Assembly (NCBI GenBank): GCA_036163695.1
Contig: JAYZKG010000053.1
Coordinates: 1-60,601 of the forward strand
Length of the DNA stretch: 60,601 nt
DNA from: Actinomycetota bacterium
GTDB lineage: Bacteria > Actinomycetota > Acidimicrobiia > Actinomarinales > Actinomarinaceae
Direction: 5' to 3'
Shown here piece by piece: positions 28,156 to 37,093 of this stretch. The notes below the pieces were generated by a model. It saw only the letters and a list, made by a program, of their open reading frames with translations, ran no database searches and was not told the DNA's origin. Position 1 is the first letter of the stretch, and each line of letters starts with the position of its first letter. Position numbers and translations under genes: made by a program.

Positions 28156-28220
28156 ATTAAAACAACCTCGACACTTAATTTCTCCCTATCTAGAGTAATA
28201 TACATTCTGAAAGGTTTAAG

Positions 28221-29414
28221 ATGCCAAATATTTCAAAAATAAATGAATTGATTCTGCCCTCAGCAACTATGGAGATAACGGCTAAAGCAAGAGAACTAAG
28301 GGCTTCAGGGAAACCTGTGATTGGTTTTGGTGCTGGGGAGCCTGACTTCCCCACTCCTTCTTATATAATTGATGCTGCAAAACAAGCTTCCGAGAACCCT
28401 GTATATCATAAATATAGTCAAGTAAACGGACTCCCTTCATTGAGAGAAGAGATTTCTAGAACTGCGAAAGAATACTCCGGTTACGAAGTAACTCCAGAAA
28501 ATGTTTTAGTTACAAATGGGGGGAAGCAAGCAATAATCACTTCCTTCATGTCTGTATTGGATAAAGAAGATGAAGTTGTGATACCTAAACCTTATTGGAC
28601 TACTTACCCAGAAGCAGTGAAAATAGCAGGTGGTAAACCAGTATATGTAGAAAGCAACTTAGAATCTGATTACAAAATAACCAGATCGCAATTAGATGAA
28701 GTTAAAACAAATAGAACAAAAATTCTTGTTTGGGTGTCTCCTTCAAATCCGACTGGAGTAGTTTACACACCAGAGGAAGCAAAAGATATATATGAATGGG
28801 CATTCGAAAATGATATTTGGATATTGTCAGATGAATTATATGAGCATCTTGTATACGAAGGCGATCCAACTCCATCACCAGCAATATTTGATAGTGAATT
28901 AAATAATACAATCATAATTAACGGAGTCTCAAAAGCATACTCTATGACTGGTTGGCGAGTAGGTTGGCTAATTGGAAATAGTAAATTAATAAACATTGCA
29001 AAAAAAATTCAGTCACATAGCGTTTCCAATGTTTCAAATATTTCTCAAGTAGCTGCTGAAGCAGCATTAAAAAATGGACTAAATGAGACTTTGAAGATGA
29101 AAGAAGCTTTCAATAGGCGTCGTCTTTTTGCTATAGACATCTTCACAAAGATACAGTTAATTAAATCAAATTCACCACAGGGTGCGTTTTATATATACCC
29201 TGATGTTTCTGAAATTACAGATGGAAAAGTAATAAAAGGTGTAAATTCCTCATATGACTTATGTAACTGGCTATTAGAAGAGCTTAATATAGCTTTTGTT
29301 CCAGGAGAAGCTTTTGGTACACCTGGATTTATTAGGTGCTCCTATGCATTGGGAGATGACGACTTGAAAGAAGGCCTATCAAGACTTCATGACTCACTAA
29401 GCAGAATTCAATGA
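28221..29414 (+). CDS. class I pyridoxal-phosphate-dependent aspartate aminotransferase
   Basis: 397 aa. GAGEPDFPTP, PSNPTG, and the PLP-lysine block NGVSKAYSMTGWRVGW. Confidence 0.9.
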   Translation: MPNISKINELILPSATMEITAKARELRASGKPVIGFGAGEPDFPTPSYIIDAAKQASENPVYHKYSQVNGLPSLREEISRTAKEYSGYEVTPENVLVTNGGKQAIITSFMSVLDKEDEVVIPKPYWTTYPEAVKIAGGKPVYVESNLESDYKITRSQLDEVKTNRTKILVWVSPSNPTGVVYTPEEAKDIYEWAFENDIWILSDELYEHLVYEGDPTPSPAIFDSELNNTIIINGVSKAYSMTGWRVGWLIGNSKLINIAKKIQSHSVSNVSNISQVAAEAALKNGLNETLKMKEAFNRRRLFAIDIFTKIQLIKSNSPQGAFYIYPDVSEITDGKVIKGVNSSYDLCNWLLEELNIAFVPGEAFGTPGFIRCSYALGDDDLKEGLSRLHDSLSRIQ

Positions 29415-30628
29415 ATGAAATCAAAAAATCCAGTGTTTTTTCCTGGTTATTATTTGATTTAGCAAATACGGTATATGCTTTTGTAATACCCGGCCTCTAT
29501 TTTTCTGTATGGCTTGTAAGCGAACAAGGATGGACAGACCAAGCGCTGGGCTTTGCTACCTCAGGAGCAATGGTTATTGTTGCCCTTACTGGTCCGTGGG
29601 TTGGAGCGAGATCGGATGGAGCTCAAGGAAAAAAACCATTACTGCTAATAACTACTTTGCTATGTATAGGTTCCACATTTTTGTTGGGGACATTCAGTGT
29701 ATCTATATCAGTGTTCCTATTTATCATCTCTCTAATAGGTTTCAATCTTGGGTCAGTAGTTTATGATGCACTTCTTATATCTGTAAGTACAAAGGAGAAT
29801 AGAGGGAGAATTTCTGGACTTGGAGTAGCTTTTGGATATGTGGGTTCTCTTATTGGATTTGGAGTAGCAACAATATTGCAAAATCAAGGACTGGGATATC
29901 TTGAAATATTCAGATCCGTTGCTTTGCTCTTTCTTGTTTTTTCTCTCCCTACTTTCTTTTTTGTAAAGGAAAAAAAACTTACTTCTGTAAAGTCAGAAAT
30001 TAAATTGTCAGAATCTCTAGTAATTGTGATAAAGTCATGGAAACACTCTAGACAGTACAAAGGTCTCACAAGATTTCTTGTTGGACGTTTTTTCTATGCT
30101 GATGCAATAAATACACTTATCAGTGGCCTGTTAGCAGTATATCTAGTTGAAGAAGCGGGCCTTACCCCTGAAGACAGCCAAGGAATTTTAGCTATAGCTA
30201 TAGTTGTTTCAATTATCGGAGGTTATGTTTTTGGCAGAGCTGCAGATGTCTATGGACCAAGAATTTTAACTTTAATTAGCTTAATATGTTGGATGGTCTC
30301 CCTATCACTCGCAATCATTGCGACAGAATTTGATCAATTATGGCTCATATACGTTACAGGAGTACTTGGAGGTTTCAATATAGGTGGAATATTTGCTGTA
30401 GATAGAGTATTTATGACAAGACTAAGTCCTGAAAAGCACTTAGGAGAATTTTATGGACTCTATTCTACAGTTGGAAGATTTGCTACAATCTTAGGACCTC
30501 TGCTTTGGGGATTCATAGTGAATACATTGGAACTAGGTAGGAATACAGCAATGTTTTCTCTAATTATTCTTCTAGCTATCTCTTTTTATATTATTAAAGG
30601 CGTCTCAGACCAACAAATAGGTAACTAA
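29411..30628 (+). CDS. MFS transporter, UMF1/Atg22-like family (paralog 2)
   Basis: 405 aa and 12 TM. N-terminal SWLLFDLANTVYAFV motif. ATGA overlap with the aminotransferase stop. Confidence 0.75.
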   Translation: MNEIKKSSVFSWLLFDLANTVYAFVIPGLYFSVWLVSEQGWTDQALGFATSGAMVIVALTGPWVGARSDGAQGKKPLLLITTLLCIGSTFLLGTFSVSISVFLFIISLIGFNLGSVVYDALLISVSTKENRGRISGLGVAFGYVGSLIGFGVATILQNQGLGYLEIFRSVALLFLVFSLPTFFFVKEKKLTSVKSEIKLSESLVIVIKSWKHSRQYKGLTRFLVGRFFYADAINTLISGLLAVYLVEEAGLTPEDSQGILAIAIVVSIIGGYVFGRAADVYGPRILTLISLICWMVSLSLAIIATEFDQLWLIYVTGVLGGFNIGGIFAVDRVFMTRLSPEKHLGEFYGLYSTVGRFATILGPLLWGFIVNTLELGRNTAMFSLIILLAISFYIIKGVSDQQIGN

Positions 30629-30637
30629 TATAAAAAT

Positions 30638-31009
30638 ATGAATATTGGAATAGCAACTAAAAGTTATGCAATAGATAATTTTCGTGATTTCAATGGTAGA
30701 GCTTCGAGGTGGGAATACTGGGGAGGCGGTTTAGCGTTCTCTTTGATATCTGTTTTTGCTGATACTATTGCTGAAACAACATACAGTATTGCTCTTTTAT
30801 TGCTTATAATTATTTTTTATATTTGGGCTATTATTGCTAGTTTGTCAGCTTCAATTAGGCGATTGCATGATGTTGGAAAATCTGGATGGAATCTTTTATG
30901 GACATTTACTTTTTTTGGAATTTTTTATTTACTTTATCTTTACGTTCAACCGAGTGTACAAAAAGACAATGAATGGGGGGCTCCTCCTCCACATACAATT
31001 GAAATTTGA
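30638..31009 (+). CDS. DUF805-family inner membrane protein
   Basis: 123 aa. GRASRWEYW and IRRLHDVGKSGW are the DUF805 (YhaH/YhaI) signatures. Confidence 0.8.
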   Translation: MNIGIATKSYAIDNFRDFNGRASRWEYWGGGLAFSLISVFADTIAETTYSIALLLLIIIFYIWAIIASLSASIRRLHDVGKSGWNLLWTFTFFGIFYLLYLYVQPSVQKDNEWGAPPPHTIEI

Positions 31010-31020
31010 CAGGCCCTTTA

Positions 31021-31350
31021 CTATTTAGAAAAGAATTTTCTTTTTTTCTTACTAAGAATCTCTATATCTTCCTTAAGGTTGATTATTCTTTCTCTTAAGA
31101 AATCATTTTCTGCTTCAGCTTTTGCAGCTCTTTCTCTTGCCTCTGCCATTTCTTGAGATGCCTCATGTATATTCCCCAGTTGACCTAAGACTGCCTCCCA
31201 AGCGCTAATAGGAATCATAAGGCTATCTTGATCTTTACCTAAAAGATCTTCCTTTGTTTCTGGATTCTCTTGTTGTGTTTCTTCTAATCCTTTATCTGTA
31301 GAAGAAAAACCGTATTTCTTACTCATCCTTGCTTCATAAGAATCATTCAT
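31021..31350 (-). CDS. hypothetical coiled-coil protein
   Basis: 109 aa. An acidic N-terminal half is followed by a predicted coiled coil (EMAEARERAAKAEAENDFLRERIINLKEDIEIL) and a basic tail. An 8-nt overlap with the upstream gene argues for co-translation. Confidence 0.55.
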   Translation of the reverse strand: MNDSYEARMSKKYGFSSTDKGLEETQQENPETKEDLLGKDQDSLMIPISAWEAVLGQLGNIHEASQEMAEARERAAKAEAENDFLRERIINLKEDIEILSKKKRKFFSK

Positions 31351-32284
31351 TGCTAATTATTTCCTTAATATATTCATTTATATGTTCGTGTTCAAACTTA
31401 TATCCATATCTTAACAATTTTGATGGTAGTACCCTCCTGCTACTTAAAACAAGTGCTTCTGCAAGTTCCGGACCGATTGCAAGTTTCACAGCAAAAGCTG
31501 GTATAGGGAATATTGCAAATCTATTTAATTCTTTAGCTAATAATTTTGAGAATTCCTTTTGTTTTATAGGCGTTGGGGAAACTAGGTTTACAGGACCTAC
31601 TATTTCTTCATTATTGATACAGAAAAGATAGCCTTTAACAACATCATCAATGGAGACCCAAGGCCAATACTGTTCTCCTCCACCTACCGGCCCTCCTATA
31701 TTTAGATTCCAAATAAATTTTAATATATCCACTATTGGCATGCTTTCCCCTAAAGCAATACCAGTACGTCCAAACACTAATCTTACATCGTAGTCCTTTA
31801 AGCTAGCTAAAGAAGTCTCCCAGGCTTCTTCTGCCACATACTGATCAAAAGTACCACGAATAAAATCTGATTTTTCTTCAATTATATTACTTCCATGATC
31901 TCCATAAATCCCTATAGCTGATGCCGAAAGAAAAAGTTTTGGATAATTTGTTGAATTTTCATAAGCTTTCAAAAAGGTTTCTGCGGCTAGTTTTCTTGAC
32001 CAATATATTTTATTTCTCTTCTCTTTAGTCCACCTCTCTCCTGAAAAGGGAAGAAACCCCATTATGCTTAGAGGGGCTATCGATTCACCAGCTAAATGCA
32101 CAATTGCATCCATGTCCTGGAAGGTATCCATATCTATAGACTTCTTCGTAGGACTCCAGTAAGCTTCATCCTCTCCTGCAGGTTTCCTCCTAACAAACTT
32201 GATGACATCATGACCATTTTCCTTAAGTAAGGGGACTAATAATTTTCCTATAGAGCCGCTAGACCCTGTAACCCCTATTTTCAC
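31343..32284 (-). CDS. TIGR01777/YfcH-type epimerase-family protein (SDR39U1-like, with DUF1731 C-terminus)
   Basis: 313 aa. MKIGVTGSSGSIGKLL NAD fold. The C-terminal ...SRRVLPSKLLRYGYKFEH matches the DUF1731 end. Confidence 0.8.
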   Translation of the reverse strand: MKIGVTGSSGSIGKLLVPLLKENGHDVIKFVRRKPAGEDEAYWSPTKKSIDMDTFQDMDAIVHLAGESIAPLSIMGFLPFSGERWTKEKRNKIYWSRKLAAETFLKAYENSTNYPKLFLSASAIGIYGDHGSNIIEEKSDFIRGTFDQYVAEEAWETSLASLKDYDVRLVFGRTGIALGESMPIVDILKFIWNLNIGGPVGGGEQYWPWVSIDDVVKGYLFCINNEEIVGPVNLVSPTPIKQKEFSKLLAKELNRFAIFPIPAFAVKLAIGPELAEALVLSSRRVLPSKLLRYGYKFEHEHINEYIKEIISNE

Positions 32285-32589
32285 TCTTCTTCACCTGTGT
32301 CTTGATAGTAAATAAAAAATTGAGATACCAACTCTTTTATATGTTCCGTATCAGTTCCTAAATTATGAGAAAATGATATCGTAACTATATTTGACTGAAT
32401 ATATATCGAATTAATTGTTTCAAATCTTTGAAACAATTGGAGAGCTAAATCTCCGCAAAAAGTTCTATCCAGAGAAGCTTCAGCAATATTGGAATAAGAA
32501 ATACCTTCTTGACTTGAAATAGATCTATTTAAGTCAAGAATTACCTGTTTACCTATATGGTTTAACTTAACATCAATAATCTGGCCCAT
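32281..32589 (-). CDS. hypothetical protein, possibly Nfu_N-like domain
   Basis: 102 aa. ...GDLALQLFQRFETINSIYIQSNIVTISFSH... loosely resembles the SPLA--LF---GV--VF-----ITV pattern of the Nfu/NifU N-terminal domain (weak, by eye). A 4-nt overlap downstream and a 2-nt gap to pyk upstream support coding. Confidence 0.4.
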   Translation of the reverse strand: MGQIIDVKLNHIGKQVILDLNRSISSQEGISYSNIAEASLDRTFCGDLALQLFQRFETINSIYIQSNIVTISFSHNLGTDTEHIKELVSQFFIYYQDTGEEE

Positions 32590-32591
32590 GC

Positions 32592-33986
32592 TTAAATTAC
32601 CCCTACAGTATGTACTCTTATTAAATTAGTAGAAGCTTCTTTGTTTGGAGGTGTGCCTGCAACAATCACTACCCTATCTCCTTTTTTGACCTTATTAGTA
32701 CCTATTAGCCAATCGTCTGCAGTTTTAAACATTTCATCAGTTGTATTATTTCTACTTATTTCTACAGGAGTTACATTAGCAAAGATGTTCATCTGGCGTA
32801 AAGTTTTTTCAACAACAGAAAAGACAATTATCCTGCCTCTTGGTTTAATTTTTGATAAGAATTGTCCAGTTCTCCCACTTTCTGTAAAAGCTAAAATGTA
32901 ATCTACATCTAAATCATTAGCAACCTGGACGGCTGACTTAGCAACAGACAAAGGAACACTGTCAATTGAATTTCCTGTTTCAATTGTTGGAGTCCACGTG
33001 TTTCCCTTGTCGGCTTCTTTACAGATTTTTGCCATATACTCTACAACCAAAGTTGGGTGATCTCCTATAGAAGTCTCCGCTGAAAGCATGACCGCATCTG
33101 ACCCTTGCATAATTGCATTAGTAACATCTGTGACCTCTGCCCTTGTTGGCCTATGAGATGTTTTCATAGACTGAAGCATTTCTGTTGCAGTAATAGATAT
33201 CTTGCCTTTTCCGTTTGTCTTTGTAAGAATTTGTTTTTGTATTAGAGGTAGTTTTTCTAGTGGGTACTGGACTCCTAAATCTCCTCTTGCAACCATAGCC
33301 CCATCAGCTACTTCTAAGATGCTATCTAGGTTTTCTACCGCTGATTTTAACTCTATCTTTGCAATTACTTTTGTCGTCTTATTTACAATCTTTCTAACCT
33401 CTTCGACATCTTTAGAGTTCCTTACAAACGAGACTGCCAAAATATCAATGTCTTTATCATTTCCAAATTTTATATCTTCAATATCTTTTTTGGTTAATGG
33501 AGGAAGAGATGTAACTGTATCAGGTAAGGCAATCCCTTGATTACTTCTTAATTCACCACCTACCTCTATAACACCAATTAGTTTCTTTTTTGACACTTCC
33601 TTAACTCTTATGGCGATACTTCCATCATCAATTAGTATTCTTTCACCAGATTTAATATCTCCTAATAGCTTAGAATTATCTATATACAATGAGTCTTCAG
33701 TACATACTCCATTCTTAAAGTAAATATCAATCTTAGAGTCATTTTTGAGAACGACCCCTTCTTCAGCAACACAGCTTCTAATTTTTGGACCTTGGATATC
33801 CTGTAGAATCGCACAATTATAATCAGAATCTCTCGCCCACTTTATAACTTTTTCATGATCAGCGTGAGTACCATGGGAAAAATTAAGTCTTAATACATTA
33901 ACTCCAGCGTGAAGGAGTTCTTCAACCTTATCTTTGGTAAGTACACTTGGACCTACAGTTGCAATAATTTTAGTTTTTCTATTCAC
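32592..33986 (-). CDS. pyk: pyruvate kinase
   Basis: 464 aa. TKIIATVGPS, NVLRLNFSHG, IAKIE, MVARGDLGV and MLSAETSIG blocks. Confidence 0.93.
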   Translation of the reverse strand: MNRKTKIIATVGPSVLTKDKVEELLHAGVNVLRLNFSHGTHADHEKVIKWARDSDYNCAILQDIQGPKIRSCVAEEGVVLKNDSKIDIYFKNGVCTEDSLYIDNSKLLGDIKSGERILIDDGSIAIRVKEVSKKKLIGVIEVGGELRSNQGIALPDTVTSLPPLTKKDIEDIKFGNDKDIDILAVSFVRNSKDVEEVRKIVNKTTKVIAKIELKSAVENLDSILEVADGAMVARGDLGVQYPLEKLPLIQKQILTKTNGKGKISITATEMLQSMKTSHRPTRAEVTDVTNAIMQGSDAVMLSAETSIGDHPTLVVEYMAKICKEADKGNTWTPTIETGNSIDSVPLSVAKSAVQVANDLDVDYILAFTESGRTGQFLSKIKPRGRIIVFSVVEKTLRQMNIFANVTPVEISRNNTTDEMFKTADDWLIGTNKVKKGDRVVIVAGTPPNKEASTNLIRVHTVGVI

Positions 33987-34046
33987 TAGTATATTTTTTT
34001 TGTTCCAATAGCATGGTAAAGCAAAACAGAATGTATGGAAGTAAAA

Positions 34047-34643
34047 ATGATTATTGGTTTACCTATAAAAAAGTTTACAGAAGCTTACACAAGGCTAAAT
34101 AATGTAATCTCTTTAGATGAGAGGGTTCATTTGAGCAAGGCTTTATTGGAAAATATAGTTAATTGCTTCAATCAATCAAATAATGATATATATCTTATAA
34201 CAAAAGACAAAGAAGCTATAGAGTTTGCAGAGGAGCTAAAAGTTTTTTCTTACTCATCAAGCCATGAAGGATTAAATTCAGAAATCAAGGAATTCTTTGA
34301 TGCAAAAATCTCTACTAACTCTCCCTGGTGCATTATTCACTCAGATTTACCCTATATAAATAAATTTAATGCACGGCAAGTAGAAGAAGAGATTGAGAGG
34401 AATGATTTTCTTGCTTCACGAAGTGAAGATAATGGAACACCTATTTTCGGAGGAACCAAAAGTATAAATAAATTTCATTACGGAAAAAATAGTTTTAGTA
34501 AATTCAAAAAAGAGATACAGGAAATTGGTAATGAATTACACATCATGTTTCCTAGGGAATTGAACTTCGAAATAGATACTGAAGAAAACTATAAAGAATT
34601 TATCGATAATCTACCTAATTGGTATAAAGAGTTTAGGACCTAG
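34047..34643 (+). CDS. cofC: 2-phospho-L-lactate / phosphoenolpyruvate guanylyltransferase (CofC/FbiD-like, F420 biosynthesis)
   Basis: MIIGLPIKKFTEAYTRLNNVISLDERVHLSKALLENIV matches the IP-K----AK-RL---L---R--L--AML pattern. Later HSDLPYI (DLP), DNGTPIF (GT-) and FEIDTEENY (D-DTP-D) blocks are also present. ATG at 34047 has GGAAG 5 nt upstream; an alternative ATG is at 34035. Confidence 0.6.
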   Translation: MIIGLPIKKFTEAYTRLNNVISLDERVHLSKALLENIVNCFNQSNNDIYLITKDKEAIEFAEELKVFSYSSSHEGLNSEIKEFFDAKISTNSPWCIIHSDLPYINKFNARQVEEEIERNDFLASRSEDNGTPIFGGTKSINKFHYGKNSFSKFKKEIQEIGNELHIMFPRELNFEIDTEENYKEFIDNLPNWYKEFRT

Positions 34644-34716
34644 CAGCCCCGACCGGATTCGAACCGGCGTTTCTGCCTTGAGAGGGCAGCGTCCTAGGCC
34701 TCTGGACGACGGGGCC
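34644..34716 (-). tRNA. tRNA-Glu (anticodon CTC)
   Basis: Hand-folded 73 nt: GGCCCCG TC GTCC AGAGGCCTA GGAC G CTGCC CTCTCAA GGCAG AAAC GCCGG TTCGAAT CCGGT CGGGGCT G. No CCA is encoded. The 3' end abuts the TAG stop of cofC (34641-34643). Confidence 0.9.
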
Positions 34717-34731
34717 AAATTAAATTTTCTG

Positions 34732-34803
34732 CTCGGGGAGAAGGACTCGAACCCTCAACAATGGGACCAGAACCCATCGTGTTACCAATTACACCATCCC
34801 CGA
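34732..34803 (-). tRNA. tRNA-Gln (anticodon CTG)
   Basis: Hand-folded 72 nt: TCGGGGA TG GTGT AATTGGTA ACAC G ATGGG TTCTGGT CCCAT TGTT GAGGG TTCGAGT CCTTC TCCCCGA G. No CCA is encoded. Confidence 0.88.
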
Positions 34804-34824
34804 TCACTAAATTCAATTAACTAG

Positions 34825-34897
34825 CAGCCCCGACCGGATTCGAACCGGCGTTTCTGGGTTGAAAACCCAGCGTCCTAGGCCTCTGGACGACGGGGCC
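34825..34897 (-). tRNA. tRNA-Glu (anticodon TTC)
   Basis: 73 nt, identical to the 34644-34716 gene except in the anticodon arm (CTGGG TTTTCAA CCCAG). It lies 48 nt downstream of the gltX stop. Confidence 0.9.
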
Positions 34898-34945
34898 ATC
34901 TTCAAATAATAAGGTTAAAGTATTTCGAGAATTATTTGTGACAAT

Positions 34946-36253
34946 TTATATCCTTTCTTCAATTCTCGCCAAACATCCAGCTTTTCCTAGCGCAACCATA
35001 GACTCAAATAAAGGTGGGCTAATTTTTGAACCTGTTATTGCAACTCTTACTGCTTGAAACCCTTCTTTAGCCTTTAGATTATGTTCCTTTAACAAACCTC
35101 TCATTAATAACTCTAACTTATCTATATCTAGTATCTCATCAAATTCTTTTAATGATTCCTTAACTTCTTTTAAGTACTTTTTTGCATCTTCCGTGCTAAC
35201 ACTTTCCCAATCTAATCTATTAATCTCAAAAGGCTCATCCAATACAAATTTTACTTGTTCAAATATATCATTTCTATTCTCAACCCTCTCTTGAAGAGTA
35301 GGTAGAAGGATTTTAAGACTTTCCTTTTCAGATTCAAATATCTCTCTTTCAAGATTCTTTGATATCTCTTCAAGACATATGTTATTAAAAGCTTCCATAC
35401 TCATCTCTCGTATATAGACTCCATTCATCCATGAAAGTTTAGTTTCATCAAAAATGGCTGAACTTGCTAACACATCATTAAAATCAAACTTTGAAGCAGC
35501 AAAATCTTTATCAAAAACTTCTATATCATCTCCAGGAGACCAACCTAGCAAACACAAATAATTGAACAAGGCATCTTCTAAGTAACCTTTGCTTCTATAC
35601 TCACTTACAGAAGTTGCACCATGCCTCTTGCTCAACCTTTTACCATCATGTCCAAAAAGCAATGGAAGATGACAATATATAGGAATATCTCCTCCTAATG
35701 CTTCAGTAATCAATATATGTTTTGGAGTCGAAGGTAATATATCTTCGCCACGTGATACATGGGTAATCTCGTAATCGATGTCATCAATTGTTGAAGCAAG
35801 ATGATAAGTTGGAGAACCATCACTCCTCAAAATTACAAAATCCTCAATGTCTTCTTTGTTAAATACCATTGCTCCACGGACCATGTCGCTAAAATTAATA
35901 CTTCCACTTTTATCAACTCTAAACTTTATAGCCCCATCTTCTTCGTAAGCTAAATTCTTATCAACAAGTTCTTCTGCAATACTTCTATACCTTTCAAACC
36001 TTTCACTTTGTCTATAACTACCATGAGCACCTCCTGCCCTTACTCCTTCATCCCAATCAAGGCCTAGCCAGGTGAGACTACTCAAAATATCTTCTTCGAA
36101 TTCTTTAGTGCTTCTTTCAGTATCTGTGTCGTCTATCCTAACAATAAATGCGCCATTATTATTCTTTGCATATAGCCAATTAAAGACTGCCGTCCTGGCA
36201 TTACCTAAATGTAAATGTCCGGTTGGAGATGGGGCTATTCTTACTCTAATCAT
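34946..36253 (-). CDS. gltX: glutamate--tRNA ligase (probably non-discriminating)
   Basis: 435 aa. HIGH motif PSPTGHLHLGNA and KMSKS-type motif GKRLSKRHG. It is followed by its tRNA substrates, and gatCAB lies in the same window. Confidence 0.92.
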   Translation of the reverse strand: MIRVRIAPSPTGHLHLGNARTAVFNWLYAKNNNGAFIVRIDDTDTERSTKEFEEDILSSLTWLGLDWDEGVRAGGAHGSYRQSERFERYRSIAEELVDKNLAYEEDGAIKFRVDKSGSINFSDMVRGAMVFNKEDIEDFVILRSDGSPTYHLASTIDDIDYEITHVSRGEDILPSTPKHILITEALGGDIPIYCHLPLLFGHDGKRLSKRHGATSVSEYRSKGYLEDALFNYLCLLGWSPGDDIEVFDKDFAASKFDFNDVLASSAIFDETKLSWMNGVYIREMSMEAFNNICLEEISKNLEREIFESEKESLKILLPTLQERVENRNDIFEQVKFVLDEPFEINRLDWESVSTEDAKKYLKEVKESLKEFDEILDIDKLELLMRGLLKEHNLKAKEGFQAVRVAITGSKISPPLFESMVALGKAGCLARIEERI

Positions 36254-37030
36254 TTATTCAACTGGATTGATTAAATCACCAATCGTATCTATTTTAGCAT
36301 GGACTTTATCACCAGGAACAATAGGTCCAACACCCTCAGGAGTCCCTGTTAAAATCACGTCTCCGGGCAATAAAGTCATTATTGAGGTAACAAATTGAAG
36401 TATCTCTCCAATACTGAAAATCATCTCAGCAGTATTCCCATCTTGTCTTAATTCATCATTAACAAAACACTGTATATTCAACTCTGGATTTTCTTCAAAT
36501 TCAGTTTGAATAATAGGCCCTAAAGGGCAGAAAGTATCAAAACTCTTTGCCCTCGTAAAATTACCATTAAAAGAGCCGTCTTGACCTTGTAATATTCTTT
36601 CCGACAAATCATTTGCTATGGTATAGCCTAGTACATTATCTGACCAGTTATCTTTACCTAAATTTTTTGAAAGCTTGCCAATTACTACAGCGAGCTCAGC
36701 CTCATGATCAACATGTTTTCCAATTGATGGGTATACAATTGGCTCTCCTGGACCAATCACGGATGTTGAAGGCTTAATAAAAAATACTGGATTATCGGGA
36801 GCATGGTAATCTAATACTCCCAATTCTTGGGCATGTTTCCTGTAGTTCTTTGCTACAGCTACAACTTTAGATGGTAAAACAGGTGATAAGACTTGAACTT
36901 CATTAAGACTATATGTTTCCTCTGCATCTTCCCAGAATACTAAAGGAGAACCTTCGTATCTTTTTATAGAGTTATCTATAACCTCTCCATAAAAAATTTG
37001 ATCTTCGTATTTTACTCTAGCAATCTTCAT
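36254..37030 (-). CDS. fumarylacetoacetate hydrolase (FAH) family protein
   Basis: 258 aa. DHEAELAVVIGK and ...LLPGDVILTGTPEGVGP... blocks. No gap to gltX. Confidence 0.85.
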   Translation of the reverse strand: MKIARVKYEDQIFYGEVIDNSIKRYEGSPLVFWEDAEETYSLNEVQVLSPVLPSKVVAVAKNYRKHAQELGVLDYHAPDNPVFFIKPSTSVIGPGEPIVYPSIGKHVDHEAELAVVIGKLSKNLGKDNWSDNVLGYTIANDLSERILQGQDGSFNGNFTRAKSFDTFCPLGPIIQTEFEENPELNIQCFVNDELRQDGNTAEMIFSIGEILQFVTSIMTLLPGDVILTGTPEGVGPIVPGDKVHAKIDTIGDLINPVE

Positions 37031-37093
37031 AGTTATTTGAGTATAACCGAATGTGTTATGTTACTAGTTTTAATTTCGAAGAAGGTAAAAGAT

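Noticed and set aside
30834-31028. A 64-aa ORF overlapping the 3' part of the DUF805 gene in another frame and extending into the spacer.
   Set aside because: It lies within a gene that has clear family motifs, and it has no RBS and an odd composition. I treat it as a chance frame.
34644-34897. The tRNA cluster as a possible integration hotspot or genomic-island boundary, with the identical tRNA-Glu 3' halves as att-like repeats.
   Set aside because: Both tRNA-Glu copies are full-length functional genes with only tRNA-Gln between them. No integrase or cargo genes are adjacent, and the flanks are conserved housekeeping genes (gltX, cofC).
34946-36253. gltX is only 435 aa, which raised the possibility of a truncated pseudogene.
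   Set aside because: The ORF is uninterrupted, keeps the HIGH and KMSKS-type motifs and a C-terminal helical domain, and sits in a conserved operon context. It is more likely a naturally compact enzyme.
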